A stretch of DNA of 64,000 bases, taken from the NCBI RefSeq assembly GCF_000150275.1, contig NW_002060952.1:1478452-1542451 (forward strand), read 5' to 3'. This DNA is from Trichoplax adhaerens (lineage: Eukaryota > Animalia > Placozoa). The notes under the pieces were generated by a model. That model worked only from the letters and a program-made list of their open reading frames with translations, was not told the origin of the DNA and ran no database searches. How positions within the stretch are numbered: the first letter of the stretch is position 1; each line of letters starts with the position of its first letter. Positions 43,460 to 57,468 of the stretch are shown one piece after another. The position numbers were made by a program, and so were the translations under genes.

Positions 43460-46400
43460 ATGACTTCGTTAGCGCCCTTCTTTATCGCTTTAATATCCGT
43501 CTTTTTAATTGTAGCTTTTGTTCATAACCGTTATGGCAACTGGAAAACGCATAATCCTCTTGTTAGCGTCATTACGTTTGTTGCTTGGTATTTCTCGTTC
43601 ATCATTATCACCATCTTACCATTAGATGTGGCATCGGTAAGTGCTTGATCGATGGATCATTTGAAATAATCTTAGTAGTGTATTGCTGTTGTCAACACGA
43701 TGGTCTATTAAACTCTATTTCATCGTCCAATGATGACATCATACTATCTTTGCCAACATGGCATACGTCATTATTGGAAAGCAGACAAGATTCCTTCTTC
43801 TGGCTAGTCGGACGACGGATTCAAATATTCTTTAGCATAGACTCCATAATCAAATGAATCAATGATAATTGATCGTAGGATAACATAGATCAATCTTCTT
43901 TTACTTTATGTACAATTACTGTTGATCGATCCCATCCTTAAAGTAGTTGTAGGAGTCGTCGCAGTTTGACTTCATCTGTCTTTTCCGTTCTATCATCATC
44001 GTTGACGAATACGGTAGATTACTAGATTTCTATTACTCTAGTAGTTAGCCTAGTCTACCATGATAGAGAAGTGCTGTAGAATAGTCAATAGTGATCGAAA
44101 GCAAGGATAGACATTGCCACTATCCGTAACAACATGGGTCTATCTTTTTCCAAACATTTCTCTTTTCCGATTGCTTCTCTTAGACTTACTACTGCCGATG
44201 TTTATTCGAGAAAGGATTTAATTCATGCAATAATGCAACAGTCGATGCATGCATTAAACCATGGATGTATGTACCACCGGATATTCTCCATGGTATGTGG
44301 TTAGCAGTCTATTGGTCTTCTCAACTATTAACATGGTAAGTAACCCACAGATAATACACTGTCTTACTGTACAGTGTTTAAGATAGCAAATACGCTTGAA
44401 AGAAAAATGGCCAACTTCAACTCTTTTGTTAACTGTAAATATGCTAATACAAAACTTCTCTGTTTATCATCGTCATCATTAACAAGAATAAGATATTCTA
44501 ATATCACAGAGTAGTTTTTTTCCCCACCTTAAATGACGGTAGATAAAAATAGTTTGCTTTGATTGCTTGAGAGAAGAAGGTACAATCTCCCTTTAAACCT
44601 GATTGATTGCAGTTCCGAGAGAAAGAACAATTACAGTCTATTGAACAATATGGAAAGCCCTTGATTTATTCATTTCATGCTCATTTCCATCAGAAAGTCA
44701 ATAACCATTGTAGACTACTGTGCAATCATGTATGGTATCAGTTTGCGCTATTTCAAGACGGAATAGGACATAGTTTCAACACAAACCTCCAATCGCGATA
44801 GATCGAGATGGAATATTGATTGTAGCTAACGCTTCCTTTCTCCTAATTATAATTAGTATTCAATATTCGATTCGTCAAAATTTCAATCAACGTAATAGCG
44901 TAATTATGTATGATATACATATTAACGGGCTAATCGACTAGCTCGTAGTACAGTTGATAGACTGTCGTAAACATCGTAAGAGATATACTAATATCCTTTT
45001 CACCAGATAAAAATGATCCATTTTTTCCTCTGTTACTGTAGAGACGTCGATGATAATTATACAATACTTACTGTTAATAAATAATCCTTTATTTACAGTT
45101 ACAGCCAAAGTTGCGTATCATAATGATCATTACAAATAAACGCATCAATCGATTGATTACGGAATCGATAAATTGCCTGCGATTCCATTTGAAGAACTGG
45201 ATCGTTGTACTAGTTTGATAGCTAGCTGACAGTGTAAGAAGTATTTCATAAATAAAACTACCAAAGATGGACACGTGGGTTGTAGACAGGATTTCTATGA
45301 CCACGCATTTCTAATCCCTTGCTATAAACCCTTCCTTCTAGAGTAAACTGCCTTTGTTCATCGTAAACCTACTGCTACATCAATATTAATTCATCTATAG
45401 GTAGTGATGATTTTTCACTATTCAAGTCAATCCTCCGTGATCAATAGTTCATTTCATCTTCAAGCTTTTAACTTCTCGGCCATTCTAATCACGCCATAGG
45501 ATACAAACTTTCACAGCTTCTCCCTTTCCATTTCTCTCACTTTCATCATAAATTCAAATTAACTCGTTGATTGGTTTTGATGTGTTGACTAGGGTCCCAT
45601 TTGAATCCATCTTAATATTGCTCTGTCTCCCTACCCGATAGCGATCGTTATACTGTATTCTCTCGTAGATAAAACAGAAATCAATTCTCGAACAATTTCG
45701 ATAACAACTGATAACAATCACCATAACTATCATCCATTTATCATTCTTTTAGCTTAGACAAAACCTTAATTAAATATTGCAACATGAAATATGAACGTGG
45801 CATCGTTAATTGTATCTATTCTTTTATGATGGAAGATATTAAGATGATGCAATGAATTAATTTGTCCGTATTCTTGTCTTAGTAACTTTAAAATAGAAGC
45901 TTGTCGGTCCGTCATATAATATCTAAATTTCATTCATCGATAGAGTAAATAATGGATATCAGTAAGTTATTACGAGAGGAGATAAATGGAATAAGAAATT
46001 ATACTGACTAAGTATTCCATGCTCTATTCTACACTATCCAAAGACGTATACGCGTAAATATATACAGGACATGATATCTCCCGCTCCCAGTTTGACCAAG
46101 ATCATCCAATTCTAATTCCAAAAGACGTTAGCAACACTTGGCGTAAATTGTTAATTTTGATAATGTACAGTCATAGACTACTAAATTTTACCGCTGGTGC
46201 ATCTAGTAGATGACTTTGATCTACTGTTTTAGTCAAATCCAGGATAAAATCAAGCAAGATAGTAAATTTTACATGTAGATGATCGAGAAGCAAATAGGAT
46301 AGCAAATCTTAATTCAAAATTATCCAGTTAATATTTGAATTACTCATTACTACTGACAGATTTACTAATATCGTAGACTAATAATTATATTTAATTAATT

Positions 46401-49400
46401 CATCGCTATCTTGATGAAATCGGCTTAACCTTTGCCCCAATCTTCACCTAAAAACTGTTTCAGTCAAAAATTTTGAAGCTATTCATTGTCGTATAATTAT
46501 AATTGGTCACAATCGATTTCGATCATAAATTGAAGCTGTTTTGGGTAAATACTTCATTGGGATAGGTACACATTACAGTTACCGTACAGTACATACGAGT
46601 AAAGTCCTTCGATATATCGAAGGGGCATACCTTAAAATATTTATAGGTATTGTGCAACCCGGATAACTTGTAAATCTTCCTTTCTAACCTAATGCAACTT
46701 GTAATACGTGTTTAACTATGTTTCAGGATTATCCTACCATTTATGGCCTCATTTTGCTATTCTGGAGAATTTACTATTCGTGGCAAATTTAAAGCTGCTC
46801 TCTACACTAATGCTATATATTATGGCACTTTCCTCTTAATTTTTATTCCATTGGTTATCTATGTATTAGCAAGACTGGGCTTTGATAATGCCGGGTATAA
46901 ATAATTGAATAAATAAATATGTAAACATGGTGTTCAATCTTTTAAATAATTTATTTATTTTGCAATACTTTCAAACGAGTTATGTCATATACACTATTCA
47001 ATTGATAGGATGTGATCGATGTTATTCTAAGATAATTGTTAACATGATTCAAATAACTTGCAATCTACACAGAGAAAAATTAAAAGTAATCGGCATTACT
47101 GCATCCAATACGTGGGGTCTCTTCTTACTAGTTTTACTCCTTGGTTATGGATTAGTGGAGGTTCCTCGATCTATTTGGCAATCATCAAGGCGTGGCTATA
47201 AACTATCTGTTATTCAATTTCAGATAGCTAAAATGACTACAGATAAAGAGGAAGCCCAGGAAGGATTGGAAACAGTCGTTAGTGTATGTAAACATTATCC
47301 ATAAATTATAGGATTGAAACAGCTATTTTCATAATTTATCGTCGTGAAACTATGCTTGCGTGTATCAGTTGCTTTGTTCAGATTATACTGTTGTTTTACG
47401 TGCAATTATTAATATATGGTAACATCTTTAATGATATTAATTTGTTTATGATTAGGATATAGCAGGTGCAGCTTCCCTTATCCGTCGATATAGTCCTTTA
47501 TATGAGAATATGAAGACAATATTGAGTAAGGTAGGTAGACAAGTTTGCGAATAGGGAGATCTGACAATATCTTATATCCAACAACGATATCATTTGGTCT
47601 ATATCTTATAGTGTCCTGAAGAACTACGGCAAAAAGTAGACGCACAAAGGACGGAACTAGAAGATAAAGGCAACGCTAATGAGTTACAAGATATCCCGAC
47701 AATGAAAAGCCTTGTTAAGTTGCATTCTAGATTAATTTTGGCAAATCAGAAAGTCAGTCGAGCAAATGCGTAAGTCAAATTCCATTACCTGCGATAAACT
47801 AATTGAAGTATTTTCTACCATTACGAACAGTTGCTCCATTGATTTGTTATACTATACGTAGGTTGCTACAGAATCTTTACAAGAGAGGTTTTGAGCTTGA
47901 AGATATCATCCAAAATGAAACTAATACTACGAGGTATTTTTGTTACTAAGTTGAATCAAGTTAACGATGATAGAATAGTTTGCTATTGAAATTAAAAAGA
48001 ATGGTGTTACAGGAATCCATCATGATTTATGATGTACCTTTCTTAATTTTTACCACTTTTTTAATTGATTACATTAATTTAGACAATTTGCATCGTCTTT
48101 TGATGCTACTTATCAAGGTCGCTGTAAGACTTTTCGATTAACTTGTGGTGAGTTCAATGCATTCTCAATGATTTATCACATATGCTTGGCAATATTGATA
48201 TTTTTGCCTATCTGATATTCATGTAATAATGAAACTAATACCATATAGAATGGTACTGGAAAGTCAAAATGCTCCCGTGGGTATTAAAACTTATATCTGT
48301 GATCCTTGTGATAACAACTATTGCTGTTATTTGGTCGGAATGTACTTTTTTCACACTTCAACCTACACTTTCAATATTTGCTCTTCTCATTGATGTGGCA
48401 CAGAGAACGTACAATTTTTTCGATATTGAAGTAATGCTTGTAACGAAACTATATAATTTAATGCTTGCTTATTAAATCCTTTAGTCGGTTTAACTATTAT
48501 GGACTATACGTACACTAAATACAAGACATTTCTTTGTTCTTGATTTCAGCTTATTTGCTTGCTGACGATTGGATTTATGTGTCTATGTGCTTATTATACC
48601 GTCTTCAGAATAAGATTATTTAATTACTATTACATTGCTCCACATCACTTAACTAATGAAACGAGTTTACTCTTTAGCGGAACGTAAGTGCCAACATTTT
48701 TACAAATAGTTGATTCTATAATTTTAAAAATTAGTATTGAATATCTAATTTCTTAGCTGTTACAATGCTGAATATCTTAATGTTATTGAAATTTTATTTA
48801 ATTTCATTAATATATATTCAGACTCTTTTGTCGCTTGACTCCTCCGCTTTGTCTGAACTTTTTGGGCTTAATTCATTTGGATAGCGCATTGACCGGTGAT
48901 AATGACCCTAAGTTACCGGAAACACAGTTTACTGCTGTAAGATATAATAGTTATTATTATGATAATTTACAAGAGTTAAATGTACCTTGTTGATATATCT
49001 TTTACATAGAGAGACAAATCTTGATGTAATATAAGAATAATAATAATACTGTATATTTCCTTACTTCATCTAGTATTGATACACCAATTTTAAATTTTAT
49101 TTAGATCATGGGCCATCTAAAAGTATTATCATTTTTGGCCAGCGGATTTTACATCTATTACCCTATAACTGTGGTAATTTTCTGTTTGGCAACGTATTTG
49201 AAGCTTGGTACTCGTGTACTACATTTCTTGGGATTTCAGCAGTTCTTTCAAGACGATACACTTTCAACTGAATTCTTGAACGAAGGAAAACAGTTACTGA
49301 GAATGGGTAATGTGACACTGTTATTCATTGCATTACTACCGGGCTTGATTCATGACTATAAACTTATATTACAGAACGAAGGAAACGAGAACACAAAATT

Positions 49401-49823
49401 AATAGAAACAAACAGGTAATAAATTGTTCAAAGTTCTCGCATTATAGGGATAAAGGTACTTCCTGCCTTTCCATAATAAAATGAATATATCTAATGATCT
49501 TGTAGGGCCTTAACTTTTCATCACCCAAGTTGAATGGAACAAGTAGTAGGAATGGTAATGGCAGGAATGGCAATATCAACTCTAATTGGCAAATAAATTC
49601 GCCGAAAAATGATAAAACCAATTATCACAGTACTAAATTTACCTCCGCCAAATATAAGAATTCAGATACAGGTTTAGATCGTGTAGAATTACTGAATGCT
49701 GTTGAATATGATCCTGATGCCGATATTCAAAGTCAACAACGATGGCCTTCATTAGGAACGAGCTCAACAAGTAACTTTGGCAAAGGGGGATCACTTCCGC
49801 GTGGCTTATTTGATGATGTCTAA
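43460..49823 (+). CDS. LMBRD2: LMBR1-domain-containing protein 2; multi-exon multipass membrane protein
   Basis: [140 protein letters not shown]-terminal PRGLFDDV*. Confidence 0.95.
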
Positions 49824-51520
49824 AAGTAGTATATTAACATCAGTATTGACATATTTAATCCGCCATTTATTTATAGAATTATATTCAGTCTTATTTATTT
49901 ATATGAAAAACTACCATTTTAAAGAGCTACAACCGTATCATGCAAAAATTGTAATCTTTAGCAAACTTCAATTAAATTTTGACTTCTAACTGTAGTCAGT
50001 GGTTTACCCTAATGTCGACATTTAGCAATAGTTAGTATTTTATACCGCAGGATTTTCGGATTACAACATTGTTAATTGAATTTCGATATGATAATGTGAA
50101 TTTGTACACATCTACTCTGAGATTCGAAAATACTATATAACTAATCCTACCCATTATTGTGAGTTGGGGAGGAAGTTATTAAGTAAAATACTATATACGT
50201 ATACGTTATATATATATAAAAATATAAATATATAGATATGTATTCATACGCCTATATATGCGTATATATGGTATATATGAATAGAATTATAGGCAAAGTC
50301 ATGCACTACGTATTGGTATTGGTAATGTAGTGTTAATGTAAGTAAAAACTTTCGGCACAAGATTTTCAGTATCGCCTTATTAATTGCCATAATGTATTCG
50401 TAAAGTGCAACAGTAAGACAGACATAATGTTAAATTTTAATTTAGCACATTTCTGTGTGTGTACAGTTGTCATATAACATTTGCGAAATGCGAGAAATAT
50501 CTGACCAATTGTTTCTAACAATCTTAAAGATATGTTTCTCAAAATTTAACTAAATAATTATTGTATGTAGGTAGTCTAGTATGCTTCAGGAATGCTCTGG
50601 TGGACTGGCGACTTGACGCATACTAGTCAACACATAGTAGCATAATTTTATAATCATAAACAATAAAAGTCACCAGTTAAAAAATATTTTTTAATGCAAG
50701 ACTATGCGAAATGTGATAAAATGCAAATTTATGGGTGTAAATTTGCTTGAGAAGAAATTACTGAACAATCATCAGTATCTGCGCTTGCCAGATTAATTCA
50801 TACTGCTGTTCAAGTAGATTACTTAGTTTGTAGCTTATGCCACTCTCTTAATTCCATGTATGATTGAGTTTATATCTTAAGAATGCTGATTAATTTTTAT
50901 AATCTGAAATGAGCAATAAAATAGACATAAATTTATCCCATGCAAGCAGTGTTAGCTACGTTGTATTCAGTATCGATGCACTTTCCTGCGATTAAATCTG
51001 ATATAAAAAAGTCTACATTTACTGTATAGTCGATATAATTATTACCCGAATAGAAAATCTTAACGTAATCACACCTTTGATGCATACGTATGTATTACTT
51101 TGTAATAGATTACAGAGAAGTTGGCTAACATTAAACTTACGCAATCATTCCTAAAAATTTAAGAATTTTAATTCCATACAAACAAGCCCTTATAATAATA
51201 ATTAATTTATTGCGGTTAGTATTTGAAGTATGTAAAAGTCGAAGTATTTAATTTCCATATTAAGCAACAGAATCTATCAACGTATGTTTACGCAGCTGTT
51301 ATTTGCAATGATGTTTACAAGCGTTGCAGCAAAACTTTAAAAATAATTGAATTTTCTAAGTTGATTAATTACGCAATATAATAATAAGACAGTATATTAA
51401 TACCGTATATTACATGACTAGTGAGTCTTTACATATGGGTAGCACCTACATTCTATTCATAATACTATCACAGTAATAGCAGCTGCAAGGCAAGACATTA
51501 ACGGACATTTGCCAAACTTA

Positions 51521-54500
51521 TTATATAATAAATGGAAGGATAGCCTTTCTTCTTGGATAATTTTTAAATTCTCTTTTATAATTGCGGTGTTTTCCAATAG
51601 CCCATACCGTCATTTGGTACAAGCCAAGAAACATAAAGATGACAACTAGATTAAAAACAAAATAGGAGTGTCAACCAAAAAATCGCGAGAACGATAAAGC
51701 CCAAATAGGAGCGTTAGTTTAATTTCTGAGCTAACCGGCTAAGCATTGCGTCATGACAGAGAAGAAAAACCATGTTCCGACCTAATTTAGTTTTTCAAAA
51801 TAAACTTTTAGAATTCATTTATGATTCCTATCGAAATTTGATTACATGCTACAATTAGTATCAACTATAAATATAGTTATACCTCATAAGTATAATTTGG
51901 ACATGAGACAAAATTCTGAAGAATGGACATAGGATTACTATTTGAATAAGGAATTTTGCGTTCTTTCGTACCTTTAGTTAAGTTATATTATTAGCTAAAA
52001 CCTTACTCGCCTAACTTAAGTATGATTATTGAAGTAGAATTAAACCTGGTGGCCGAAGATCTCTTAACAGGCAGTGTATCACCAGATTTCCATATTCCAT
52101 AAGCTGAGCAGAAAACCAATGCAAGTAATAAATAGCAGCAGTAATAAAAACAGCAAATTTAAAATAAGAAACGATCATTTATTTGAATAACTACATCAAA
52201 AGGACTATAAAAGGTGTATGATATATTTTACCAAAAATCCTGCAAATGCACCATAGATCTGATTGGTTCCATACTCTATAATTAATAAAAAAGTAATGGC
52301 ATCCTTGCTAAATTATTCTATTACATAATAGTCATAAGCCAATATGTATGGTATCACAAACTTGGCGAGGTATAAAGAGGATGATTGACGAAATACGCTA
52401 TAAAAGCTGCAAAACCCCTGTAAAAAGGAGGAAGGGAAAAGATAGATATTACAACATCGATAATATCATTTTAATGCAATTGTCGAAATTAAAAATGTCC
52501 TACCAGTAGTAACTGCAGTTCTGAGGTTGGATTAAAGAGGTGTAAATGCCCAAAGATAGCAATACGTTATAATTATTAACTTTTTATACATTTCAAAAAT
52601 TTGAAAACAGTATAAGAATTTGTCAAATTTACCTTTGCAAGATTACCAATAGGCATTGTAGCGTGAGAGAATCGATGAATAAATAACGTTTCCAAGAGAC
52701 GTTTCCCGTAATGTATGGTCCAACCGATCAATGCTAATCTAGAAAAACACATATATTATATATTTCAACTTGTGTAAAGCCTATTAGCAAAAATTTAATA
52801 GAATAATGCAGATCTTGAAATACTGATGGAATATACATACTGTACAGCAAGATCATATGGCTTAGAAGCAGCACCTTCACCGTAGATAAGCCCTGGTCGT
52901 AGGTAGAAGATTGGATAAAGAAAGAATGGACCAGCGTACTCAATAAGAAAAACCTACCAATAAAAATTAAAAGACGTATAAAGTCTATTAGTTTCCTTTT
53001 GAAAATAAAAAATAGGACTATTTACATCAAGTGTGTGTCCAATCTTTTCTACAAACTATAAAAACAGTCACCGCATATTTTGCGTTATGAGATATGCTGA
53101 TTACCGTTTTCCATCCTATCTGTGGTCCTACGATACGTCAGTTTCGAAAATTGTATATATTTTGGCGTCAGGTATAAATGTAAAATAAGATAACCAAAAT
53201 GGATAGTCATTAAATAAATTTTAATTAAACAGCATGATACTTGCATACTGTATACCTAAGTCCTTGAAGTATAACTTAGAATTCTTGATTTCCAACGTTT
53301 CTAGAAGCTGCTCATCCTTAAGTGGCCTACCCTCTAGGAGAGGGAAACCGTGAACAAAGTTAAGCGACAATAGCACATTACTATCCTAATTTCTAGAATG
53401 AGGAATTTCCACACGAGTATATATTAAATATGGTGGTAATAAATTGCGTAATTGGTATTAGTTAGCTAATTCTTACTCGGGTCGGTTTTAAATTGTTGTC
53501 GACTAGGATAGCATTGAGGTTCTATTAAAAGTAATTTAGTTGAAAATTTTGCATTTTTGAATTTTTAAGATCTGATCTAGTGAATTCAGCTTACTCTGCC
53601 TAAAATATTCCTTTTTGATGTCAGCTATTGTCGATTTTGGGTGTACCTGCATAAAAAAGAAGATTGTATTTGAAAATCGGGTTAGTTGTAAATTAGTAAT
53701 ACAAAACTTTACTATTTACTTGAATAATTTAAGTAGTTGAATCTAAGAGTATACAGTAGCAATATAAAAATATGTGGCATAGAGACAGCAAAAGACTGTA
53801 TTGCCTTCTGTGCCATGTCTTATCTACTCCATGCGTATGTATGCAATAGTGCACAATAAACTTAGTTAATGATAAGGTATTAAAGTGATACATAAAACGT
53901 ACATGTGAAAGCAATAATAAAGACAGGGACTTCTGTAGCTTGGTGAAGAGCATACTGGTAAGTATTTCATACGTAACTAACTACTGGTTGTCAGTGCTAT
54001 CGCTACAAAAGCTTTCCTATCTTACACTATCGCCTAATGCTGTCGAGGCAACAGAATGTGATTTATCATGCACGATACCTATAAATTTATCATTATATTT
54101 GCAATACTGTCCATATGTAAAAATAGGTACAAGTACAAGGAAGAGTATGCAACTACTAAGTATGAGTGCTATGGCGAGAAGAACTCTCTTCCTACGTGAT
54201 GCTACTGTCTAATATTATCGAGGCAGCAGAATATGTTCAGCAATGCTAGCTACTACTGCTGTAGTTATAAGTAAGTAAAATATACTCGTACAAAGTGACG
54301 GTGAAGAGAATTTACAGTAAATATTTTCACCCACAACTGCGTTTATCTGAATAGCACAATAGCTCTCTTCTCACGTTATACTCACGTTTAATGTTATCAA
54401 GGCAATAGGATATGTTCAATAAGGCATGATATCTATCATTATAATATCTTATAATTACTAATGCGGTAATCTATGAAATGTGTTGATGAATTGATAGGAT

Positions 54501-55101
54501 ATAATTGTAATTGTTGAACACAGGATCGGTTCAAGTACAAGCTGGCGACGAGTGATGCAAAATTGTAATCCACTCATTATCAACTTTACTATAACTAAGC
54601 CGTCATTTAATCAATCTATTCGACTGTAGAAAGTTCATCGATTTAATGAGCTTACATCAAATAAGTTTAAAATCTGTTTTCCTGTTCTCTGGTGGACAAT
54701 TTCTAGCTAAAAAGGATATGAAAAGGAATAGAAGATTATAGTTAGAAACAAGTATCATCGACTTGATCCACAGATTTTCCTAATGATCTAAAATTCATCA
54801 AAAGAGCTTGAATAGCAATTCAAAATTAGATAAGATATTTTTCATTGGCACAGGCTAAACTAATCAATATTAACAGAGCGATTTATTTCCCCTATTATTG
54901 CTACTTTATAGGATCAATTCCATGTCCATGTCCATTGCATGTTTGCTATTCATGCCACACCATGAGCATTCGACAGGCTCATAACGAACACTCAAGGATT
55001 GCTCATCCGCTGCATTTACTCTGTACCTGGATGGATATACTATACTGCACATAAGCAAGAGAAGAGCAATGGGCTTTTATATCATTAGGGATTACCTTCA
55101 T
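51521..55101 (-). CDS. TECR: Very-long-chain enoyl-CoA reductase (trans-2,3-enoyl-CoA reductase); multi-exon
   Basis: MK|LEIV..., [123 protein letters not shown]. Confidence 0.95.
53940..54420. repeat. Three degenerate ~160-200-bp copies in a TECR intron
   Basis: 'g(gt)gaagag' at ~53942, 54139, 54300, and 'taat..t.tc.aggca..ag.at.tg' at ~54035, 54210, 54389. Confidence 0.55.
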
Positions 55102-55455
55102 CTTTCTTGCAATAATCAATTCAAGCTAATAGCAATAGTAATATCGAGTTTTCAGTCCTGGAAGAAGGAGTAAAATGATCCAAATGCAAGTAAAACCTGT
55201 CTGAAGTTTGGACCTTGGCTGCTGCTAACTGGCTACCAACCATCGCATTGAGCATGGGCACACGCGCTGATTGTCTACTGTACAGTAGTTGCCACGATAC
55301 AAAGTGCAGGGTCGGAGTGAAAGCGATCTTTACCGACTTGGACTATACTCTACTATAGATTGTACTGACTTGCAAGAGTACTCTGGTCTGTGTAAAAGAT
55401 ATGTCATCCATAACAATTCAATTGCTACTGTAGACTGGACTCTAGGCGATCTAGT

Positions 55456-56170
55456 GCTTGACCATAGTGTTGCAGCTACAGTACGAAGCATCGTCTCGGG
55501 TGACATACTTTTTGGGTAAAGCTAGCCGCTATGAACTGCTGCACTTTGGCTGATGGATTCATGAGAGAAATAGAAGAAATAGCAGCTACTGTAGATTTCC
55601 TATTCTGTTTTTCTACTTTTTTACTACAAAGTAATACATAGTACTGTATAGTTTAGCTGGCGATAGTGTAGTATTACCTACAGTCCAAATCGCTTGCAGG
55701 AACAGAATAATGTCGCCCAACGCTTGACCACGGTATTACGGCTACACTACGAACCATCGTCGTCTCGGGTGACATCATTTTTGGGCACAGCTAGCCGCTA
55801 TGAACTACTGTAATTTGCCTAATGGATTCATGAGAATAATTTCAGAGAAATAGAAGAAGTATCAGCTAGATTTTCTATTCTATTTTTCTACCTTTCACTG
55901 CAAAGTAATACGTAGTATAGTTTTGCTAGCGATAGCGTAGTATTACCTACAGTCCAAATCGCTTGCAGGAACAGAATGATGTCGCCCAATGCTTGACCAC
56001 GGTATTACGGCTACACTACGAACCATCGTCGTCTTGGGTGACATCATTTTTGGGTACAGCTAGCCGCTATGAACTACCGCACTTTAGCTGATGGATTCAT
56101 GAAAGAAATAGAAGAAATATCAGCTAGATTTTCTATCCTATTTTTCTACCTTATAACTGCAAAGTAATAC
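55456..56170. repeat. 269-bp tandem repeat (~2.6 copies) just upstream of TECR
   Basis: 'gtgacat' at 55500, 55769, 56038, each followed by gctagccgctatgaact...atggattcatga...gaaatagaaga...caaagtaatac. Confidence 0.95.
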
Positions 56171-57468
56171 ATTCAGAGTGATATGCTGCTGAATTTCAAC
56201 AATGGTACGGTAATCACTGCTCTTGAACAAATCATGCTGGATCAGAGTTAAACTATTCTCTGAAATTTTTCTCATTCGATTTCCCTAAACGTTCCGCTAT
56301 CCGTAAAACATATATTGAATATAATTTCCTTGCATTCATGAAAGCTTATGTTTCACCTATACATTTAAAACCAAAATAATCACGCTGCACATGAAGTTGG
56401 CTTAAATTGAGCGATTTTCGATTCAAATTCTCTTTCTTTGTGTTAACATTTGTCGTGGAATTCATAATGCATAATTGTAGTACCAAATATTTCTAAATCT
56501 CATCATTTTTGACCTGATGGAAGGTACTCGTACATTGAGAACTGCGCTCTTTTAATAGGATGAGAGAGTTAGTTTAGCGGAGGGGTATTTCTATAATTTA
56601 TTCTGGTTTTAATAATGGGATCATCTTGGTACTTAATCGACTATACACGATCTAGTGTGTTATGATGTACTCCAACAATAAGCTCTATCAAGTAGTTACT
56701 AGGTTTGCATTAAGGAAAGATGTGAATATTATTTTTTATTGTTTATATCAATTGTTTTCTCAGTATTCTCTGTTTGGCTTGAGAATTTCCTACAGTTTTT
56801 ATAAATTCCTACGTAGTATACATTAATATCCGTAATGAAACGTACTATCACTACTATCTTCATACATGATATGGCTACTCTGTAATAGAGATCTTAAGTT
56901 ATAGTGCCATCACATAAGCATAATCACAATTTACATCGGAAAAAGATTCAATTAATTATAACAGTTTCCAACCAAACAAGAGTATTAATAAGAAACTGGT
57001 AATAAGAATAGATATATTGAAAGCGGTACTAGATGATGACGGAAAATAGTTTCCGTTATTTTCAGAGTATATTAAAAATTATGAATTTTAAAATAAACAT
57101 TTTATAAATTACGTGCTACTATATAAAATACCAATACAAGAACAGACGCAATTCGGCAAAGCTTGCATAGGCACGTAAAATATACTGTATGTATGTACAG
57201 ATGATTACCGTATAAAATCGTTATGTCACTATACTATGGTATTTATGATATATCGTACTCGTGATTCGTAGTTCATTCTAAGGGAGAACCTATAAATTCA
57301 TGGATTCACCCGTTATTGGTTGGATATGCTATTAGGTAGCGTAGAGATGCGAAATCCAATAGACCTATAATATAATCGGCTTAGTATTGAATTGAAAATG
57401 GAACATGCATAAATCGAAGAGCTTAAGAATAGGTAAATTATGTACCGCGTCTAGTATAATCAATCAAT

